Origin: a virus
DNA: 64,000 bases
Reading direction: 5' to 3' (one strand)
IMG/VR virus record: IMGVR_UViG_3300032020_000002
In this document: piece after piece, positions 27,605 to 38,212 of the stretch
Position numbering within the stretch: the first letter of the stretch is position 1
How the letters are laid out: every line of letters begins with the position of its first letter
Made by a program: the position numbers and the translations under genes
The notes under the pieces: generated by a model
What the model was told of the DNA's origin: nothing
The model's database searches: none
The model's input: the letters and a program-made list of their open reading frames with translations, nothing else

Positions 27605-30271
27605 ATGAATAAATTAATCTGGTTATTCCCAATTCTATTTTTAGCCATATTTTTAATCCCCCCAGCATCGGCAACGCTTGGAATAACTTGCGATAGCGAG
27701 GAATACGGAATGCTTTCCAGTTTCGAGGTCGTGTGTCAGGTCAATACAACAGACAATGTTGATATAACTATTGAGCTTCCCTCGTTGTTAACTTCTTCAT
27801 CTGCCGAATTTTCAGTCCTTTCAGCCGTATCCGATATGGTCGCTTTTGATAATTACACTTCTGTGCTTGCGAATGAGACCTGCGCTGGAGTGTGGGAAGA
27901 TATAGGTGGAATTTACAACTGCACCGACAATGGGTCTATATATAATTGTCTGGAGCTTTATGATTCCAACACTACCTGCGAATATCCCATATATACAAAC
28001 GAAGGGACTTACGATGTGCCGAGAAGCGATTACATACAATCTGAATACAAGCCAGTTGCGTCAACAGACCTCGGAGGAAACAAGCACAAGATAACCGTGA
28101 ATTCCGATTACGCCGACACCAAATTCAAAGCAAAACTGTCAGTCCCAAGCGGTTCTATCGGCAAGTTCAGCATTTTGGCAGAGACGGCAACCGATTCTGG
28201 TGAGCTTGACCCAGTGTGGCTTTCCGATTACAATTACAGGAGACCAATCACTCTAACAGTATCGTCAGGCGCATCCCCATCAGGCTACCAAAAGGAAATC
28301 ATACTCAATGCTGGAAATGTGGGTGCTAATTACAACTGGACTAATGAATGCGTTAATTCCAATGCCACAAAGACGAGGCTGACAAATGCAAGTGCTGTGG
28401 AGCTTCCGTTCTGGGTTAAGTCCTGTTCCGTTTCTGGACAGAATATGACGGTGTGGGTGAAGGCTGACCAGCCCATAAACACGACTGGCTACACAATTTA
28501 CGCCTATTACGATTCGCCTACGGCAATTCCAATGAGAGGCAATGCTTCTCTTGTCTTCGAGTTCTTCGATGACGCTTCGACAGACCAGAGATACCTTTAC
28601 AACACAGTCGGTGTTCCTTCTGGAACTTTCACATGGGTTAACAAAACAGAATACAGGATTTGGTCAAGCACCAGCAACATAGAGGTCTTCATACTCTCCA
28701 AACAGAAGGTTAATGCAACCCAAATGCCATACAAACTCATAGCTTCCGTGTTGTTCCAACCATCGGCGAGAAATACGAGGGTCGGCGTGTCAAATACGGG
28801 TTCGAGTGGCATAATGCCTTGGTATGCTCAAGTCATATTCACTTCAAACCAGCAGAATTTCAGGGGTAGTGATGTCTTCAGCTATGTGCCACCTTCATAT
28901 CTTGCTTGCACCACTGGCAATTTGGCTGGTCATCTTGATGGTGTTTATCATACTATCAAGATAACGAGCAACAGCACTTCGACATTTTCATATGTTGACG
29001 GCTCACTTTATAAGGACTGCTACCCTCCGCAATACACACCAAATGCATTAAACAGCCTTTATGGATACACATACAAAGCAGGTCTCGCTTACGCTTCCAT
29101 CACATATATAGATTACTGGATGGTAGCCAAGCATTACAGCCCAGAGCCGACTTACACAATAGGAGCAGAGGAAATATTCGGCTATGTCATCGAGTTCACC
29201 AAATTCGCTGGTGGAAACGAAACAATCACTCTTCATGGAAACGCAACAACGAGCTTCACCGTTTCACCAGAAATCACATACACGGAATCAAAAATAAATC
29301 TGACGGGAACTCAGGCTTCCCCATATCCGCTTAATCCGAAAGTTTATGTCGGGAACACTCTCATCTTCAATTATTCTGGAAACTATTCTGGAAGCCAAAT
29401 AGTCAGTTTCAATGTCAGCATAATCAATGATTGGTTCACCGACCACCCATCAGGAGAAGTCCCAGTAATCACCCTCATGGACAACGCTGGCGGTATGCTT
29501 ATGACAGACTTGTATGTGAAGTCAATATCTCCAACGCCAGTGACTTATTGTGACGGAAGTGAGTATTACGACCCAGTTGACAAGGTGTGCAGGAAAGGAA
29601 GCACGACAATGGCTTCAACCAAAGACAAGAACTACTATGCTTTCAGGATAACCACGACATTATCGAACTGGTATTCGACTGACCCGTTCAGGTGGGAGAG
29701 GGAAAACCAATCGCTTCCAGTCTATGTGAGCGCAGATTTCCATGTCCCAGAACATACCCTTAACATTAATGAAACAAATGCAAGGAGGGTTTACATAGAT
29801 TTCAACAAGGTGTCACAATATACAAAATATGACATCTGGAATTCTCTGCTGACAAGGAAGGATTTCTACCTGAGAATAATGGGAGACGGAACGAATGATT
29901 ATTATGTCGTAGGCATACCTTCGCCGAAAGAAATATTCAAAGACAATGTGGTTTTCACCAATTGGAACTACAATTCAATTACGAAGACAATAACAATCAA
30001 TAATGTCGCAATGTCCCCGCATGAATTCACATTCGTATTCGGCGAAGCGACAGAAGTAAGGCAGGATTTCATACTTGGAGGAATATTGCCATTACTGATA
30101 GGCATCGGACTTCTGTTATTCGTAGTGACCACAGCTTTCAGCCTCGGAGAAACACAGTCATCAGACCCGAAGGAAGCACTGAAAGAAATACTGGCAAATG
30201 TAATAGGCATAGTAGTTATACTAATCGTAGTGGCAACGGCGCTCACCATGTATCTCGGTCTTCCGCTTTGA
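27605..30271 (+). CDS. giant surface glycoprotein-like protein (signal peptide, C-terminal TM anchor)
   Basis: as 24122; C-terminal ILGGILPLLIGIGLLLFVV. Confidence 0.7.
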   Translation: MNKLIWLFPILFLAIFLIPPASATLGITCDSEEYGMLSSFEVVCQVNTTDNVDITIELPSLLTSSSAEFSVLSAVSDMVAFDNYTSVLANETCAGVWEDIGGIYNCTDNGSIYNCLELYDSNTTCEYPIYTNEGTYDVPRSDYIQSEYKPVASTDLGGNKHKITVNSDYADTKFKAKLSVPSGSIGKFSILAETATDSGELDPVWLSDYNYRRPITLTVSSGASPSGYQKEIILNAGNVGANYNWTNECVNSNATKTRLTNASAVELPFWVKSCSVSGQNMTVWVKADQPINTTGYTIYAYYDSPTAIPMRGNASLVFEFFDDASTDQRYLYNTVGVPSGTFTWVNKTEYRIWSSTSNIEVFILSKQKVNATQMPYKLIASVLFQPSARNTRVGVSNTGSSGIMPWYAQVIFTSNQQNFRGSDVFSYVPPSYLACTTGNLAGHLDGVYHTIKITSNSTSTFSYVDGSLYKDCYPPQYTPNALNSLYGYTYKAGLAYASITYIDYWMVAKHYSPEPTYTIGAEEIFGYVIEFTKFAGGNETITLHGNATTSFTVSPEITYTESKINLTGTQASPYPLNPKVYVGNTLIFNYSGNYSGSQIVSFNVSIINDWFTDHPSGEVPVITLMDNAGGMLMTDLYVKSISPTPVTYCDGSEYYDPVDKVCRKGSTTMASTKDKNYYAFRITTTLSNWYSTDPFRWERENQSLPVYVSADFHVPEHTLNINETNARRVYIDFNKVSQYTKYDIWNSLLTRKDFYLRIMGDGTNDYYVVGIPSPKEIFKDNVVFTNWNYNSITKTITINNVAMSPHEFTFVFGEATEVRQDFILGGILPLLIGIGLLLFVVTTAFSLGETQSSDPKEALKEILANVIGIVVILIVVATALTMYLGLPL

Positions 30272-30285
30272 TAGTTACCATTTTC

Positions 30286-31029
30286 TTATTTCCACATAAT
30301 CTCAAGGAAAGGAACGAAAAGGAAGGCGACCAAGCTGAAAAACACCAAAAACCTGATAATTCTATCGTTCTCCAGCTTCTCCAACCCTTCCGATGATACG
30401 AAATCAAGGTAAATCGCATATATCAGCAGGGGAAGCGAGTTGGTGACATACTTGCCTGTGGGGAAAACCAGCACCGAAGCCAAAATCAGCGTTAAAATGA
30501 CAAACTGCCTTCTCTTGGCGAGAATATAATATGTCGGCAGGAGATAGCCTAAAACAAGCAAATTTGGCGTTAAATCAGCATATCCGTTGGGATTCACCAT
30601 GACAAATCCCCTATAGGCAAAATAAATGAAAACTGTGAATATCCCTACTGTTATGTGGTTAATATGAAACCTTTTAATTGGGTTATTCTTGAAATACAGT
30701 ATTATGAACATTCCAGCGAGTAGGAATATCCAGTTATCAGGTTCGGGCATCAGCAAACGGATATTGAAAAGATTCAGCAAAAAAAGAGAGCCAATAAACA
30801 ACGGATTTTGTTTCTTATCTTCCACCATAGTGAAAGAAAACAGGGTTGCATACCACACGGCAATGACAAACAGATTGGCTATGAGAGGGCTGTGATATAT
30901 CCCAAAAAGACCATTAAGATAACGGGCATCATGCCCAAAAATCCAGTTATTTGCGGTAAAAACAACAAAGTAGAAGATTGGAATAATGATTACGGAAATA
31001 AGGGCGAATCTTTTATTGTTTTTGGGCAT
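30286..31029 (-). CDS. polytopic integral membrane protein (~7 TM)
   Basis: hydrophobic throughout. Confidence 0.6.
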   Translation of the reverse strand: MPKNNKRFALISVIIIPIFYFVVFTANNWIFGHDARYLNGLFGIYHSPLIANLFVIAVWYATLFSFTMVEDKKQNPLFIGSLFLLNLFNIRLLMPEPDNWIFLLAGMFIILYFKNNPIKRFHINHITVGIFTVFIYFAYRGFVMVNPNGYADLTPNLLVLGYLLPTYYILAKRRQFVILTLILASVLVFPTGKYVTNSLPLLIYAIYLDFVSSEGLEKLENDRIIRFLVFFSLVAFLFVPFLEIMWK

Positions 31030-31079
31030 TTTTCAATTTTAACATATTAATTTATAAATTTAACTGTTATAATTATTTT

Positions 31080-31778
31080 ATGAAAAATAGATTTTCTGCA
31101 ATCGAAACCCTTAAAAATATAGTAAAAGATGAAAGCGTTCAGTTAAGTTCACTTATTCCTAAAAAGTCATATGCAAACAAGCATAAAGCAATCAGAGGCA
31201 AAAAACCACTCATTCTCAAAAGGCTGATAGACATTATGGATGGAACTGGCAATACTTGGGAAACTGGAAAAACGACAAGGGAAATAGCTATGGAACTCTA
31301 TGATAATTATGAAAAGGATATTGAGGAGGCAGGGAAACTCGGTGCTAAAGTAGGTCAGAAGGAAGAATATGAGTATTATGTCATTAATAGATATTGCATA
31401 AAAACGAGGCAACAGATAGCTTTTGCAAGGAAAAGGTTAGCTGAAAAAATGAAAGAATTAAATGCAATGCAGAAGAAGCCGTTTGTCCCCTTTTATTCTG
31501 GGAAAGCCAGTCCTAAAGTGTATTTCAGGAAAGATTTCAAAAACACCATTGGCGACAAAGTAACAGAAGTCAGGTATTTTTGGCATACCGACAACGATTC
31601 GCTTGATGCGCTTCGTGAAATGTTCAAAAAGTTAAAGGAAAAATTCGCTTACCTTGAAGATGAAGTGAAAACAGCCAAACGGCAAAACAATTTGGATGAA
31701 AATATTAAATTGGGATTGATGTCAATGAGAATTGATAACTTAAAAAATGAAAGGAAGAAAAAGGTGATTTACACATGA
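31080..31778 (+). CDS. hypothetical basic protein
   Basis: ORF track. Confidence 0.5.
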   Translation: MKNRFSAIETLKNIVKDESVQLSSLIPKKSYANKHKAIRGKKPLILKRLIDIMDGTGNTWETGKTTREIAMELYDNYEKDIEEAGKLGAKVGQKEEYEYYVINRYCIKTRQQIAFARKRLAEKMKELNAMQKKPFVPFYSGKASPKVYFRKDFKNTIGDKVTEVRYFWHTDNDSLDALREMFKKLKEKFAYLEDEVKTAKRQNNLDENIKLGLMSMRIDNLKNERKKKVIYT

Positions 31779-32866
31779 AATTAAAAGTAAAAGAGTTAAA
31801 CCCCAATCCATTCAAAAAGTTCATAAACAACGGAAAATTGGACAACGAAAGGGTAGATAAACTCAAGGAAAGCATCGAGCATGGCACACTTCCAGAAAAT
31901 TTCACAGTGAGGAAGAACGATGATGGAAAATATGAGCTTACATCTGGACATCACAGGCTTGAGGCAATAAAGCAGGTCAAAGGCAATGATTATGAAGTTC
32001 CTGTAGAAGAAGTCAATTACAACGATGAAACCATGCTCATAGACATGGTAAGGGAGAACCTGACGCAAAGGAACACGGATTTCAGGGATACCGAGGAAAG
32101 CATAGTGCTGGCAAGGGCATGGTTACAAAGTGGAGAGAGTAATTTCAAACGGTTTGAAAAAACTGCTTTCGTCTCTAAAAGAGGACGAATCGGAGAGGGC
32201 AGACCAGAAGAACCAGACACTTTATACAAGATAGCTCAATTTCTTTCAAAACAGGGGAAAACAATCAGTCACGAAACAATAAGGTCATATCTTAATATTC
32301 ACGACAAACTCGACCCAGAACTGCATGAAAAAGTCCAAAACCTTGAATCAGCTACAAAAGAAGAGAGGGAAGAAGCATTGCCTAAAAGGGTAGCTTCCGA
32401 GCTTGCCCAGATAGAGCAGGAATACCAGAAGCCAGTTTTTGAGCAAATCAAAAAAGAAAGGCTCAACAAAGAAGATTCGATTAAAGCCATAAGCGCATTC
32501 AAAAAAGCTCCAGAAGAATTGAAAGAGAAGGTCGTGGCTGGCGAAGTGCCAATAACCGATGTAGAACATGAAATGAAAATAAGGGAAATTAGTGTAAAAC
32601 TTGGTTCGCTGGCACAGGAAGAACAAGGAGAACCCAACATTTCTTTGGAAATTAGGGAATTGGTCAACTATTTCATAGACGGATTTATGAAAATAGGAAG
32701 AAAATTTGGCGACAAATCCTTTATATCCGAAGATATGATGCCAAACATCCCAATAGAAAAAGCGGAAAGTTTAATGGAAGAAATGGAACACACCATCTAT
32801 GAAGTGCTGATACCCTTCTACCAAGAACTGAAATTGCAAATAGAATTAAGGAAGGAAAAACCCTAA
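31775..32866 (+). CDS. ParB/Sulfiredoxin-fold (ParB-like nuclease domain) protein
   Basis: N-terminal LNPNPF...YELTSGHHRLEAI (GxxR box). Confidence 0.65.
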   Translation: MKLKVKELNPNPFKKFINNGKLDNERVDKLKESIEHGTLPENFTVRKNDDGKYELTSGHHRLEAIKQVKGNDYEVPVEEVNYNDETMLIDMVRENLTQRNTDFRDTEESIVLARAWLQSGESNFKRFEKTAFVSKRGRIGEGRPEEPDTLYKIAQFLSKQGKTISHETIRSYLNIHDKLDPELHEKVQNLESATKEEREEALPKRVASELAQIEQEYQKPVFEQIKKERLNKEDSIKAISAFKKAPEELKEKVVAGEVPITDVEHEMKIREISVKLGSLAQEEQGEPNISLEIRELVNYFIDGFMKIGRKFGDKSFISEDMMPNIPIEKAESLMEEMEHTIYEVLIPFYQELKLQIELRKEKP

Positions 32867-33504
32867 AATATCAATGGTTTTATCTTGTTAATATTTGCAG
32901 AGTAAAATTGGGAAGCGTGATTTTCGCAGTCCTTCCAGTCAGCAAAAAACTTCGTCTTACACTCATCGCACTCGCATAAATATCCATGCTTCCTGTTGAA
33001 GCTCTCCTGAAAGCAGGGTCTTAAAGGCTCTTTGCTCTCCTCTTCCATTTGAACTTCCTCGTCTGTATCATAAAGCGTTTGGACAAATGGGGTTTTGTAG
33101 TAAAAAGCCTTCATATAATGGCTCAATTTCTTTACATTCCCGCCCCTAAATACAAGAATCTTCGCAATCGAATTATCTATGTTCAACATAGGATAGAAGG
33201 TAAAATCAAGGACTCTCCTTACTCTTCCTTCTATGGAATCGGCAACCTGCGAAGTAAAAACATAAGTCAAATGCCTCTTCCTCGATTTCGCCAAAATGTT
33301 AGCAACGAATATGTTTTTATTTGTCCTTGACATTCTTGAGTCAGCGATTGTCCAAAGCTCGTCCATAGCGATGTAGCGCCACTGTTCATCATCACTTTTA
33401 ATGGTGTTAAGCTGGTTGATACCACTGATAAAATGATAAGGGATTTTGAACAGATGTATGTTTGAGTAAATCATCATTCCCTTGAAAAACCAGTTACGCC
33501 ACAA
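32863..33504 (-). CDS. P-loop NTPase-like protein lacking recognisable Walker A (Walker-B-like AMDEL present)
   Basis: YIAMDELW...SRKRHLTYVFTSQ; no GKS/T seen. Confidence 0.4.
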   Translation of the reverse strand: MWRNWFFKGMMIYSNIHLFKIPYHFISGINQLNTIKSDDEQWRYIAMDELWTIADSRMSRTNKNIFVANILAKSRKRHLTYVFTSQVADSIEGRVRRVLDFTFYPMLNIDNSIAKILVFRGGNVKKLSHYMKAFYYKTPFVQTLYDTDEEVQMEEESKEPLRPCFQESFNRKHGYLCECDECKTKFFADWKDCENHASQFYSANINKIKPLIF

Positions 33505-33565
33505 CTACAAGAGGTAAGTAAGAGTTCACTTTATAACTACTAATCAGTTATTATAATTTAGCGTC

Positions 33566-34057
33566 TTACCTACCCCCAGTTCGCCTACTACATTGGTTAA
33601 AGGCATTTTCATCACCTCCTCTTTTGTATGCAAGAAATTTACCTTGAAAATTCCTCTCCCGCCTTTTTGCTATTATACTATTTTTCATCGCTGTCTTGAC
33701 ATACCATTCTGGTTTAGTTACTCTTCCTGTCATCAATTTTCTCATTTTTTCTGTATATTCTTTGCTTTTCATGTAATCCTTACCATTTGGAAATTGCACT
33801 TTTTGGTGGCATTTTCTACAAAGATTTTGTAAATTTTCAAGTCTGTTATCCCAAACATTATGATTTTTATGATGTGTGTCCACTTTTCCCCCTTTCCAAA
33901 ATTTCCCACACGAAGAACACCTTTTACCAATAAGGTTTCTTCCTATTATATTAGCATATGTTTTTACAGTTGTTTCTTTATAATTTTTATTGTAAATTTT
34001 GGGTTCTGGTGTCCAATTCGGATTATAATAATAATGTCCACTTCTCATAATAATCAT
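33566..34057 (-). CDS. HNH endonuclease (free-standing homing-type)
   Basis: CSSCG...DTHHKNHNVWDNRLENLQNLCRKCH. Confidence 0.7.
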   Translation of the reverse strand: MIIMRSGHYYYNPNWTPEPKIYNKNYKETTVKTYANIIGRNLIGKRCSSCGKFWKGGKVDTHHKNHNVWDNRLENLQNLCRKCHQKVQFPNGKDYMKSKEYTEKMRKLMTGRVTKPEWYVKTAMKNSIIAKRRERNFQGKFLAYKRGGDENAFNQCSRRTGGR

Positions 34058-34434
34058 TTCTTAATATCCTCATCACCCCAACTTACAAATTTTACCTTTA
34101 CCTTTTCACAGCCAGCGTCCTTGAATATCTGCTCGAATGTCTTCGTAAGTTTGCGCTTCAGCAGGAATCTGACCATGCTTGGCACGAACACTGGAATATT
34201 GAGCAACACAGCTTTGTCGCCCTGCTTCTCGTAAACTATGGCAAAAGAGCCAAAAATATCGTCATAGTTCATACCGCCAGTCATCGAAGCCGATAGGTTT
34301 GCTATCGTTTTTGCTGATTTCTGTTTAAGCCCAGATTTCACTATTGCGTCTTTCTCCGTTTCCTTTATTCTGGTTATCTCTTGGCAGACCGCTATAATTT
34401 TCTCTTGATTGTCTCCCTCTACGAGTAATTTCAT
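34054..34434 (-). CDS. hypothetical protein
   Basis: ATGA overlap. Confidence 0.5.
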   Translation of the reverse strand: MKLLVEGDNQEKIIAVCQEITRIKETEKDAIVKSGLKQKSAKTIANLSASMTGGMNYDDIFGSFAIVYEKQGDKAVLLNIPVFVPSMVRFLLKRKLTKTFEQIFKDAGCEKVKVKFVSWGDEDIKK

Positions 34435-34440
34435 ATACCT

Positions 34441-34659
34441 TTACCTGCCCAGTATGTTTTTAAGTGCTGGCTTTTGTTTCTGCTTCCTGTGTTCCATGTA
34501 TGCGTCAAATAGCTGTGAAAGCTCGCCCTTATCTTCCTCTTCCTTTGGCTCTTCTTTATCCGCTTCTCCGTAATACATCTCGTCAACCATAGCCTTCCTC
34601 TTGTCTGCTTCCTTATCAGCCATTGACTTGTTCAGTCCGAAATCCGTTGTCATACTCAC
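34441..34659 (-). CDS. acidic small protein
   Basis: ORF track. Confidence 0.45.
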   Translation of the reverse strand: MSMTTDFGLNKSMADKEADKRKAMVDEMYYGEADKEEPKEEEDKGELSQLFDAYMEHRKQKQKPALKNILGR

Positions 34660-34778
34660 ACCTCCAATTTTAAACTCCGTAAACTTTGTTCAATACCATC
34701 AAAGATATTATGATGGCTAAAAAAGATAACGCTATCAATCCATCCTTGTTGGAAGTTGTCAGGAAAAGCCTCATTTTA

Positions 34779-37299
34779 TTACCTTCTTACCTCTATTTTA
34801 AAACCTCTTTCTGTTATAGCGAAAAAGCGTTTACCATAAGATTCGTATTCTTTTTCTGTTATCAAAATAATATGCTCCCCTTTCTTTTCTCCATGAAAAA
34901 GCCTTCCCATCCTCTGTCCTTCCTGCCTGCGACTCCCAAAAAGGAAATCAATTTCAATGACCCTTTCTATATCTGGAAGGCTTAACCCCTCGTCTCCCAC
35001 TCTACTCACTACGGTAACATCGCTTTTATTGATTATTTCAAGCCTGTCCTTTGTCTGTCCGTAAACGAACGGTATCTCAAATTTCTTTGATAGGCTTTTA
35101 CCTAAATTTATTTTGTCGCAGAACACTATGGTCTTCTTTTCCTGCTGTAAAAGCTCCGCAAGTTTGCTTTCTTTTGCTTTATAATCACTCAATATATACA
35201 ATATCACATCGGGGACTTCTATTATCCCTTCTTCTATCAGGCTATCCCATGATATTCCTATGGGGAATCCTGTGAGAGCAAAAATATAATTCTCCCTCTG
35301 GTCTTCCCTAAAAGGCGAGCCTGAATTATGCGTTAAAACTTTGTTTGCAAAAAAGTTATGATTGTCGGCAATTTCCAAGTCGTAAAATGTTCTATTTTCT
35401 TTTCTTACTCTTACTTTTTCAATTCCGATGACTATGCCCTTTTCAATACGCATGAACACCACTCCTATTATGACAAGAGAAACACAGTGTTGTGCCATTG
35501 TTTACATCTAATCTGAATTCGGGATATTTTGAGAATAATTTTTTATGATGAGCATGAAGGTTTTTTTTACTACCACAACTTGTGCAGGTGAAATTGTCAT
35601 GTTTGAATACATCTCTTCTCCATTTCTTGTATTCCAAAGAATTAGAATATTCCTTTCTCCAGTAAGATACTCCTCCTTGCCAGTTCGGATTAAGTTGTCC
35701 TTTCTTACCATACATTCCATTGTTTTTTCCGCTTAGACAGCCTGTAATTTTTAATGTAGCTAATCTTTTTGCCATTATTCTCTCGTCTTTCCAAAGAGTG
35801 TGTCCTTTTTTGAATTCCGTATTAGGAGAATATCTTTTTCCTTTATGTATTTTTGATAATTTATTCCGTGTTTTTCTGTCATGGGTTTTGCCAAAAAACG
35901 GATTCTTCTCTCCGACAAGTTTCCCTTTCAGTGATTTCGATATATTTTTTCTATGGTTTTCGGTAAATTCCCTTCCCTTCAATGAGTGACTTATCTTGTC
36001 TCCAGCGTATTTTGCTGGATTGTTCAAAGTGCAATGCGGGTGAACCAATATCGTAGTTTCATCTCCTTCTATTAGCTCACTTGCCTTTTTGTATTTACCT
36101 GAAACAAAGAACTCGTGGTCTGGTGAGCAGAGTATTTCTTTTATTCCAAATTTTGTTTTTATTTTAACTTTCAGTATTTCGTTAACTTCCCTCTTGTAAT
36201 AATCGAGTATAGGTTTAGCTTCTATCTGTCCTGTTCCATGATTGAAAGACAGAACCTTCACTGGCAATTTATTATCAACGATTTCACTTATTTTCATCAC
36301 ACTTCCATCTTCCAGTGTTACCGTAGTTCTTTTATGTAAACATAATCCAATCCTGTATCGTGTGTTTAAGGTCGCAAATCGTGAGAACTGGTTGGCTGGT
36401 AAGTGATGGACTTCATCAAAAATCACTAAAGCCCATTCCTTGTCCCTCACCTTATCAAAAGAGTGATATGTAACGATAGATGTTTCCCCTTCCCTCAAAT
36501 CGGTATATTCTTTTATTCTTTCTGTCCATTGCTCTACAAGCGTCACTGTCGGGACAACTATGAGCTTATTGCCCTTTATTGAGGATAGTGCCTTCAGACC
36601 AAAAAATGTTTTGCCTGCGCTGAATGCCCAAAAAACTCCAGTCGCACCAGTCTCAAGGAATTTATCCCACGCCTCTTTCTGATAATCCCTCAAAGTGAAT
36701 TTTACTGGTCTCTCAAGAAGGTCTTCAGTTTGGACTGGTTGTTTCATAAAAGGCAATATTCCGTTATCTATAAGCTCCGCAAGTAGCTGAAATTCATATC
36801 CCTTTTTGATTTTTATTTTGTCTGTCCCTTCCCTTCTGCTTAAAAATTTACCAAATTTATTCCAAGCATCTTCCTGATGCTCTTTTCCTGTAAGTAGCAT
36901 TCCATCGAACACCTGTAAGGGCAATTTCATTTTGCCTTTGAATTTCCCTTCCAATTCTGCTGGCAATTCACCGAGCCAGTTCATGTATTTGTTTATCTTG
37001 AAAATGTTATAGGTGTCCGTTGAGAAATCGAGCCACCCCAAATTCATTCGTATAAATTTCGGAACAGGAACATACCATTCTTCGTGTTTGCCAGTAGGTA
37101 TAAGGACATAAGGTTTGTTAAGGAAAGGCATGAAGTTGTCTTGGTCAATCTTTATCCTCATTTTGTCTGATATTTCCGATAATTTTTCCGCATTGGCTTT
37201 TTGTGATACTTCCAACTCTGTCTTCATCTCCTCTATCCTTTTGGAATAATCCTGCGATATTTGTCGCAATTCCTTCAATTTCTCTTCATTGACCATTTC
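34779..37299 (-). CDS. SF2 (DEAH-type) helicase interrupted by an intein; single frameshift inside the intein HNH domain near 35445-35500
   Basis: Walker A GVFWAFSAGKT, motif II DEVHH, motif III RIGL|intein|SGSP, motif VI QRMGRLFH in downstream ORF. Confidence 0.7.
35325..36342 (-). mobile_element. intein (Hint domain + NUMOD3-like + HNH endonuclease) inserted in helicase motif III; HNH frameshifted
   Basis: starts CLHKRTTVTLEDG, block B SPDHEF, ends VLTHN|S; HNH LCFSCHN. Confidence 0.65.
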
Positions 37300-37313
37300 A
37301 TCACCATCAAAAA

Positions 37314-37670
37314 TCAAAAACCGCCAAAAAGGTCTTTGGTCGTCTTTGCCCCTCCCTTCATGGCGCTTATCTGCTGTAACCCTCCAAGTATGAGCAGGAA
37401 TTCCTTCCTTCCGAGCCTGAACCTTGACACCCTTAACAACAGGAAATGCCTCACCCACTGCCTTATGAGGTCGCTATCCAGATAATCGGCATATGATAAC
37501 ATAGCAGACATACCGAATATCTCTTCTGGTGTCAAATCAGAAACGGTGTGCAGTCTTTCATCTGCTGGCTTCATAAGCTCAAGAGACACCTTTGCAAGTG
37601 CCTCATCGAGACCTACTATTCCCATCTCTTCCGATTCCTTTTTCAATTTTTGCCTCATCTCAAGCGTCAT
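37314..37670 (-). CDS. hypothetical protein
   Basis: ORF track. Confidence 0.45.
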   Translation of the reverse strand: MTLEMRQKLKKESEEMGIVGLDEALAKVSLELMKPADERLHTVSDLTPEEIFGMSAMLSYADYLDSDLIRQWVRHFLLLRVSRFRLGRKEFLLILGGLQQISAMKGGAKTTKDLFGGF

Positions 37671-37678
37671 TCATCCAC

Positions 37679-38212
37679 CTAAAATTTCAACAGCCCCATC
37701 ACACTCGCTATGTATAATCCACCCACAGCCAACGCACCGTAAAGAAGAACCCTCGTCATCATTTTTTTATCCATTCCCACCTTTTTTGGCTCGGAATATG
37801 TTTTTAATATTTTCAGGAATCTCATTTCCCCAGTTTCCTTTTGCATTTTCGGGCTTAACATGGTCTTGTATGTTTTCAAATCAAGAGGCTCGACTGTCTT
37901 TTTAATGACTGGATAAGTAGCCACAATTTTACCACATTCGCACACAACATTGAATTTTTGGTTCTCCTCTTTTTTTACAAGAATCACTGGAAGTGCCGTG
38001 CTTTGCTTCATAAAATAAAAAGGCAGATGCTTACTTTTCGATAGTTTCCTTCGTATAAACCCTCCAGCACTGGGCATTTCAATCAAAATCGGCTTAACCC
38101 TTTCGACATCCCATTCTGAATTCTCAATTATAATCTTACCATCATCATCGCTTTCCGCATCCTGCATTTTACCAGTATATTCCGTATTGAAAACAACCAC
38201 TTTAGCCTTCAT
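37679..38212 (-). CDS. hypothetical protein with C-terminal TM anchor
   Basis: C-terminal hydrophobic helix. Confidence 0.5.
   Translation of the reverse strand: MKAKVVVFNTEYTGKMQDAESDDDGKIIIENSEWDVERVKPILIEMPSAGGFIRRKLSKSKHLPFYFMKQSTALPVILVKKEENQKFNVVCECGKIVATYPVIKKTVEPLDLKTYKTMLSPKMQKETGEMRFLKILKTYSEPKKVGMDKKMMTRVLLYGALAVGGLYIASVMGLLKF

Noticed and set aside
32863-33504. Complete ATPase (for example a terminase or Zot-like protein)
   Set aside because: No Walker A (GxxxxGKS/T) is present anywhere in the ORF. Only Walker-B-like features are seen, so it is called degenerate or partial.
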